Source of the DNA: Eledone cirrhosa
Lineage: Eukaryota
NCBI GenBank assembly: GCA_964016885.1
Contig: OZ024745.1
Coordinates: forward strand, 118,916,001 to 118,980,000
Length of the DNA: 64,000 bases
Direction of reading: 5' to 3'
Numbering within the stretch: position 1 is the first letter of the stretch; each line of letters starts with the position of its first letter. Positions 56,238 through 64,000 of this stretch are shown here, piece after piece. The translations under genes were made by a program, and so were the position numbers. Under the pieces are notes generated by a model. The model searched no databases and had not been told where the DNA came from. It saw only the letters and a list, made by a program, of their open reading frames with translations.

Positions 56238-57410
56238 GGAAGTGGCGGCGGTGTCAATGGTGATGATGGTTGTGGTGGAGGTGGTGACAATGGTGGTGTC
56301 GGCGCTGGCGATGACAATGGAGATGATGGTAGTGTTGTTGTTGTTGAGGTGGTGGTGGTGGTTGTTGTTGAGGTGGTGGTGGTGGTAGCTGTAGTGGTGG
56401 CGTTGAGGGTGTCAATGGTGGTGGTGGTTGTTGTTGAGGTGGTGGTGGTGGTGGTAGCTATAGTGGTGGAGTTGACGGTGTCAATGGTGGTGGTGGTTGT
56501 TGTTGAGGTGGTGGTGGTGGTTGTTGTTGAGGTGGTGGTGGTGGTGGTAGCTATAGTGGTGGCGTTGACGGTGTCAATGGTGGTGGTGGTTGTTGTTGAG
56601 GTGGTGGTGGTGGTAGCTATAGTGGTGGCGTTGACGGTGTCAATGGTGGTGGTGGTTGTTGTTGAGGTGGTGGTGGTGGTGGTTGTTGTTGAGGTGGTGG
56701 TGGTGGTGGTAGCTGTAGTGGTGGCGTTGACGGTGTCAATGGTGGTGGTGGTTGTTGTTGAGGTGGTGGTGGTGGTAGCTGTAGTGGTGGAGGTGATGAC
56801 TCTGCCAATGGCGTGGGGTGTCGGTGTTATAGCGGGTGAAACGGAAGAGGGGGAGTTGACAGAAGAGCGCGGTGGGGGAGGAGAAGAGAGAAACGGGTAC
56901 AGAGAAGATGCGATGGCCGGGCTGGTGGTACACAGTTCAGAGATGTGATGGTGGTGGGAACGGGGGTACAGAGATGTGGTGGTGGGGGGTGGGTTACAGA
57001 GAAGATGTGATGGTGCGGTGGGGCCGGGAGTACACAGATGTGGTGGTGGGGTCGGGGTCGGGGTTACACAGATGTGGGGGTGGGGATACACAGATGTGGT
57101 GGCGGGGTCGGGGTTACACAGATGTGGTGGCGGGGTCGGGGTTACACAGATGTGGTGGTGGTGCCGGGGATACACAGATGTGATGGTGGTGCCGGGGGTA
57201 CAGAGATGTGGTGGTGGTGCCGGGGGGGGGGGTACAGAGATGTGGTGGTGGTGGGGCCGATGGTACAGAAGAGATATGGTGGTGGAGGCGGCGGTAGACA
57301 GTACAGAGATGTGGTGGGGGGCGGGGGTGTACACTGATGTGGTGGTGGTGGCGGCGGTACAGTGATATAGTGGTGGGGCCGGCGTACACTGATGTGAGGG
57401 TGGGGGTGGC
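56238..57410. repeat. GGT-rich degenerate minisatellites
   Basis: GTTGACGGTGTCAATGGTGG units, then TACACAGATGTGGTGG units. Confidence 0.88.
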
Positions 57411-57974
57411 GGTAGACAGTAACCGGAACTATATTAAACACGATGTTTGTGGTGAGTGAAATGGAGAGAGAACTAGAGAAAGGGGAAATTAGATGAAAGG
57501 ACATAAATAAAAACAGGGACAGGGGAGTATATATATATATATAGAGAGGGGTAGATAGAGAGGGAGAGAGAGAGGTGTAGATAGAGAGAAGGAGAGAGGG
57601 GTCTAGATAAATAGATAGATAGAGAGAGAGAGATAGAGGGAGAATAAAGGGGCGGATAGAAATAGAGAGAAAGAGAGAGAGAGAGAGAGAGTGAGAGGGG
57701 AGGGAGAGAGATAAATGAGAGATGAAAGAGGGTGGGAGAGAGATAAAGACAGTGGAGAGAGAGATGAGAGATAAAGACAGATGAGAGAGAGAAAGAGAGA
57801 GAGATGAGAGATGGAGAAGGGAGAAAGAGAGATAAAGGCGTTTAAGTATACGGGAGTGCGGGGGGAGAGAGAAGGCGGGAAAAGAGAAAAAGTGGGCGGT
57901 TATTTAGAAAGACAAATATTGGCGGTAAAGGGGAGGTTACAGAGTAGCGGATAGAAACTATAAAGGGGAATAAT

Positions 57975-59850
57975 AATTGTTTCTGATTGACACACAAGGC
58001 CAGCAATTTAGGGGGAAGGGGAAGGTGATTAAATTGATCCAGTACATTACTGGTACTTTATTTTATCTACCCCGTAAGGATGAAATGGAAAGTTAACCTC
58101 GGGGGGATTTGAACTCAGAACGTAAAATGCCGTAACTCTATGCTGCAAAGCATAGCGTCCGACTCTCTAACGATACTAGACACAAGGCCAACAATTTGGA
58201 GGGAGGGGAAGGCGATTAAATTAACTCCAGTGCATTACTGGTACTTTATTTTATCGACCTCTGTAAGAAAGGAAGACACAGTTAATCTTGGCAGCATTTG
58301 AACTGAGGACGTAGTACGTCATAATTAACTACCACAAAGCATGTTGCTCGACGCTCTAACGACCCCACCAATAATAAATGAAGTTGAAGAAAGCCCTTAT
58401 CTTAAGGGACATTGTCTTTTTAAGTGAGTTGTTAAAACTGTTGAAGCAGCTTGTTCGAAATGATGGTTTAACCTGAAAACCTAGTCTACAGAGGATGTAG
58501 ATATTAAGCTATACTTTCTGTTGATGTCTGTAGGGAAGAAGGACAGATTGGGTAAATTAACCCCTCCCACTAATATAGAAAAAGTCTGGAGGGTCATGTA
58601 GGAGCACCTTTGCTAATGGGTCAGTTCGATCAGTGTTCACTGGGGCGAAACAACTACGACAATAAGAATAGTTCATTATTTAGACACAAGGGCAAAAGGC
58701 TGGTGGATTGGCAGTATCGGTAGAGAGTCGAACACCATGCTTTGAAGTATAGAGTTACGTCCCTTTATGATCTGAGTTCAAATCCCGCCGAGGTTAACTT
58801 TGCCTTTCATCCTTACCGGGTCGATAAAATAAAGTACCAGTAATGTACTGAATAATTGCTGGCCTTGTGCCTAAAATAGAAACAATTATTTAGACACAAG
58901 GATAGCAATTTATGGGGCCTTCCCCATAAAGTAGATTATATTGACTCCAGTACGAGACTGGTACTTAGTAGAAGTCGGTGATATTGTTTCCATATCAATG
59001 TTTAGTGGCAATAAACGCTTTCAAAATTGTATGTGAGCGGGGTGATCGTAACTGTAAAGTAACTTCTGTAAAATATTCCATATGTTCTTTATGTGGGAAC
59101 AGCAAGAGATTATTCACAATGTTTGTCAAAGTATGAAAATACAGTCTTGGTGCAATATGTCCGAACACGGAAGAGCCGAACTCCCACCGCCAACGCCCCC
59201 ATCTCTCTCGTACTGGCCGCCCCACAGCCCTGGCCGACAGAATAGAGAAGGCGTTTCCTCGGAGGGTGGTAAGGGAGATGCGCTGGAAGAGCCATTCCAT
59301 ATGTTATCAACCCCGGACAAATTGACTTTGGCAGTATTTGAGCTCAGAAGACGAAATGCCGTAATTAAATGTCGTAAAGCATGTCAACCGATGTTCTAAC
59401 AATTCTGCCAACCCAACTAACAACAATAAAACTCTACATGGACGATAGAATTGCTAAAAATAGTAGCCAATTTCCACCATCTTAAATAATTGTTTCTACT
59501 TTTGGCACAAGGCCAGCAATTACCCCAGTGCATTGCTGGTACTTTATTTTATCGACCCCGTAAAGATGAAAGGCAAAGCTAACCTCGGTGGGATTTGAAT
59601 CCAGATCGTAAAGACCCACACCTATGCTGTAAAGCATGGTGTCCAACCCTCTACCGATACTGCCAATCCATCGCCTTGCCATCTTGAATAATTGTTTCTA
59701 CTTTTGGCACAAGGCCAGCAATTATCCCAGTGTATTACTAGTGCTTTATTTTATCGTAACAAAGGCGGGATTTTAACCCAGACCGTAAAGGACCGTAATT
59801 CTATGCTGCAAAGCACAGCGTCCGACTCTCTACCGATACTGCCAATCTAC
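57975..59850. mobile_element. Dense SINE A cluster: 57975-58175 (-), 58180-58370 (-), 58698-58885 (+), 59485-59675 (-), 59690-59850 (-)
   Basis: Family motifs. Confidence 0.85.
59190..59300 (-). pseudogene. Short C-terminal fragment of a CRE-like REL retrotransposon
   Basis: WLFQRISLTTLRGNAFSIL resembles the FQRxSxxxQRGNAxxxL C-terminal motif. Confidence 0.55.
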
Positions 59851-59887
59851 CACCATCTTAAATAACAAAGGACAATTTGGATAATAT

Positions 59888-60087
59888 NNNNNNNNNNNNN
59901 NNNNNNNNNNNNNNNNNNNNNNNNNNNNNNNNNNNNNNNNNNNNNNNNNNNNNNNNNNNNNNNNNNNNNNNNNNNNNNNNNNNNNNNNNNNNNNNNNNNN
60001 NNNNNNNNNNNNNNNNNNNNNNNNNNNNNNNNNNNNNNNNNNNNNNNNNNNNNNNNNNNNNNNNNNNNNNNNNNNNNNNNNNNNNNN
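59888..60087. other. Assembly gap (200 N)
   Basis: Run of N. Confidence 1.
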
Positions 60088-60338
60088 AAGGTCGTCCCCA
60101 TCGTCACGGGAGTACTAGGTACTATCTGGAAGAGATTCCAAGGCTGGCTAAAGACCATCAGCCCACTCCCCTGTTTTGGAACACTTCAAAAGGCATGTCT
60201 ACTTGGAACAGCAAGAACCCTCCGATACGTCCTGAATATCTGAGGCTGTGGGTAGCAGCTTGATATTAATCGAGCAATTATTCCGGTTGAATAACATCAA
60301 TGACTGAGATATCAAGTAACAATAATAATAATAATAAT
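60088..60338 (+). pseudogene. 3' end of an R4/Dong-clade retrotransposon ending in (TAA)n
   Basis: Manual translation KVVPIVTGVLGTIWKRFQGWLKTISPLPCFGTLQKACLLGTARTLRYVLNI*, short 3' UTR, then AATAATAATAAT. Confidence 0.8.
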
Positions 60339-62198
60339 GGTTTCTTTATTGGTTACAGGGGCTAACATGAAGAAAACATTACATACGGTACAGAACGGTA
60401 CAGGACGATACAAAGTGGGTTTTGGCCGTGTAAAAATGTTATAACAAGAAGATAGAAATGTGTAAAAACAAAAAAAACAAAAAAAAGAAACAAAAAAATT
60501 CAAACAACAACAACAATAATAATAATAATATAAATACATATATCAACAAATAACTGTTTAATAATTGTTTCTACTTTTGGCACAAGGCAAGCAATAACCC
60601 AGTGCATTACTGGTACTTTTATAATAATAACTGTTTAATAATGCACATTAGAAAGACACACACACACATATATATATACACACACACATACATATATATA
60701 TATAATTGAAACTATTCTTGTATACATATGTTTACGTCCTGTCTTAACACATGCAAATATTGAAGTAACTATAAATGAGAATATATAAAGGAATGGAAAG
60801 ACAACTGAGTTTCACTTACCTCAAACGCAACTTTCAATGTCCTTTAGGCTCAAAACGAAGGATAAGGGTTTATTCGTTATGGTTATTTGGTTAGTTTATA
60901 ATTACTTGGGCGACTGTCATGTCTTTTAGATTGTTTGGCTTGAATATATGTTTCTTTTGATACTTTGTTGTTTGATTACTGGTGACGTTATTGTAATGTC
61001 ACTGGCGGGAAGCTATTGGATGTGTTTTACATATAGGCTAAACTGGTATCGGTTGTATAATGAGTGAGTCGGTTGGTTGGTTGATATTTATTTTCTAACT
61101 TACGATAAGATAGCTAGCATCCTAACAGTTATACCTTTTAGCAACAACCCAGCGTAAATAAGTTGAGTATATATATGATGAGCCACAGTTTTGAAACTGT
61201 TTTGAAAATTGTTGGTTGTTGTGAATGTTGTGAATGTTGTGAAGTTAACAGGTATATGTGTGTGTATTGTGGCTTGAAAGTTAGTACACATTTACTATAT
61301 GTATGTATGATGAGTACATTGTAATATCTTCAAATAATTCAAACATTTATATTGTTCTACGAATAAAATACAACTTGGTACATATGAAACTCCTGGGCGG
61401 ATAGATAAATGCTGTAAGGTTTTCAAGTAACCGGCTATTCGTTGTTAGAGCAGCAAAGTCAGCTGTGGACTTGCTGTTAGGCTAAGGAACATATACATCT
61501 GTAAAGAAATAACGAGGACGGAAATCTGTTGTGAGGCTTGCATGTAGCTTCTTTCCTATGGTAAAGTTAGCAAGTAACTGCAGACCTGTTGTGAGAGCAA
61601 GCAGGAACCGTATCTGTAAATCCGTTGTGAAGCAGGTTGTTTGGCTCCTGATGTGAGAAGTGAAACAGCAACTTAGAACTTGCGAGAACAAGTATCACAC
61701 AATCCTGTTGTGAGTTAGCTGTAGATATATAGTGAAAGCATGTAGGTGTCGTTGCCGTAAATATGCTGTAAGGCTAACCAATGGTTTACTATATATTTTG
61801 TGTGTTGTTTTATGTGGTAAATCTGAATCAGTGCTGAGAATATTGAGTTTCTTGTGAACTTCTAAGACTGACCAATAAGTTGGCTTCTTTTTTTTGTTAT
61901 GTGAGGTTAGCGTGTAAGTGCGAATCTGTTGTGAAGCAAGCAGCAGAGAAGCTGTTGTGAAGCAAGCAGCAGGGAAGCTGTTGTGAGAATAACGTGTAGT
62001 TTGTTACCTGTGGTTGATAGCGGCTGATGTGGAATAGTATTAGAGACCAGAAGTGATGTAGAAGCACTCGACATCGTTATTATTCATATATTTGCTGATT
62101 CGTTGCTGGGTAGGTGAGGGACTGAGTGCTTTTATCAATGAATATTCTCTCTCTTTTGGTTACAACTTCTTTGACTGCTGATCTAATAAAGAGAAAAA

Positions 62199-62271
<73 letters not shown>

Positions 62272-62579
62272 AAAAGGTATGACCCCGACGGCAGAGCTCA
62301 AGCCGTTTCGACGGCTATTTCTGGTGCGTTATGGTCCATCTGGTTCCTTACCACAACTCCTTCGTTATATATATATATGTGAACCGAAGAGATTGTTTTG
62401 TTAAAAACAGGAGCAACATCTTTATTAATGTTATATATACCCATACATATATACATATACACACACACACACATAATATATATATATATATATATTAACA
62501 GTAGCACTAAGATAGCGTTTAAGCATAATAGATGTACATATGAAAACATGTAAACATATATGTTTATGTTTTCATATAC

Positions 62580-62684
<105 letters not shown>

Positions 62685-62971
62685 CAATACATACATACAT
62701 ACGATGACTCCAAACGAGAGTTTAGAAGAAACGATTGTCAGCTATTAAATGATTTGAACACAACTTTGATAATTGTATAATTTATTTATTTTCCTGCTCT
62801 GTAAAACCACTGATGTTCATAGATTGAGCTATTTCTCTTACTGGTAATAAGGTAATAAGAAATTACTGACCTTCCTGTTTATAGTTGTTTATAGTACATA
62901 CATAACTATAAATAGTATTATTATTATTTACTGCTCCATACAGTTGAGCTAACATACATTAAATTACCAGT

Positions 62972-64000
62972 ATGCTTATCAAAGATCACCTTCCTACGTC
63001 TACTAAGAACATACCAATACCACCTAAAGATACATATGAAAAATTATTGATTAATAGTGTCAACTCCTTTATCAATAGAGTGAGATGGAGGACATTCATT
63101 ACGATAGAAACCGTTCAGACAAAAACAGAGATACACATAATTTCGACAATTACGGCTTTAAAACATTTAAAAGCCCTCCTCACAACACATTATTAAACTC
63201 CTTTGAACATGATCTAATTAAACTAGTTAAGAATATAAAATGCAAAAAACATCATAATAGAAACAAAACCTTCTTAAACTACCTTAACTCCACTATTAAA
63301 GGATTTAATAAAAATAAAAAATCCTAGTGCATGCAGATAAAACTAATAATATATATATTAGCTTACGATACTTATAGAAAATTTATATATAAGGAACTGC
63401 ATAGGAACTACAAGAAAACTACTACTAAAAACCTAGAAGATATAAATATTGAAGGCCGTAATATAGTGAGTAAATTAGGACTTCAGAGACACACACAGCC
63501 ATACACCCCTAATCCCCCAAGATTCTCTCTGAAGGATCATAAAGAAGACTTCATTAGTAACCCTTCAATTAGACTGATTTGCCCTTCCAAATCTGACATT
63601 GGTACTATCAGCAAGAAAATAATGGATAGAATCATCCCATAATTTAAGCACAAAATATACCTTAACCAATGGGGAAATACGAGTGAGGTTATTGAATGGT
63701 TCAAGGGTATTAAAGAGTGTAAAACAAAAAAATTATACAATTTGATATCAATTCATAGTACACCTCTATTTCCCCTATCCTATTAAACAAGGATTTAATT
63801 ATAGCCATGAACAATAGTGACCTGACTAGATCCCAAATTGATGTCATACTTGCGGCCCGAAAAACCATAATTACATTTGAAGAACAATTATGGACCCGCA
63901 AGGATACGCATAACAACTTCGACATAACCATGGGATCTAGTGACTCGGCGCAGGTCACCGATTTGGTGGGCCTATACCTACTTAATGAAATTCATAAGAA
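62972..64000 (+). pseudogene. Penelope-like element (Naiad-type) N-terminus and RT, frameshifted, running off the window
   Basis: STKNIPIP..SFINRVRWR; NYGFKT..FEHDLIKLVKNIK; SLKDHKEDFISNPSIRLICPSKSDIGTISKKIMD; NQWGNTSEVIEWF; FDITMGSSDSAQVTDLVGLYLL. Confidence 0.85.

Noticed and set aside
56069-57504. Mucin-like Thr/Pro ORF on the minus strand
   Set aside because: Degenerate GGT minisatellite running into (CA)n; no splice or domain support.

Overview
Eukaryotic, AT-rich, repeat-saturated DNA. The SINE types, microsatellite load and retroelement mix suggest a mollusc, most likely a coleoid cephalopod such as Octopus (inference). I found no convincing host protein-coding exon; almost all long ORFs in the track are microsatellite or minisatellite artefacts. 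The window holds about 20 copies of two tRNA-headed SINE families; decayed retroelements (Penelope-like RT and GIY-YIG fragments, R4/Dong-like, RTE, Vingi-like, CRE-like); a decayed mariner; hAT and Tigger-type MITEs with TSDs; a probable solo LTR; several large minisatellites; and a 200-N gap. The most striking hidden layer is about 10 type I hammerhead ribozyme motifs on both strands, mostly in short islands bordered by (TA)n. Two of them sit in diverged but homologous ~420-bp units (2287-2767 + and 28562-29072 -). These units share an octamer-containing upstream motif and covarying hairpins but are terminally duplicated at different points, as expected of a circularly permuted, retrozyme-like RNA element mobilised by Penelope-like elements. 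Several long, near-perfect inverted repeats are also present. All family assignments are from motif recognition by eye; no database search was run.
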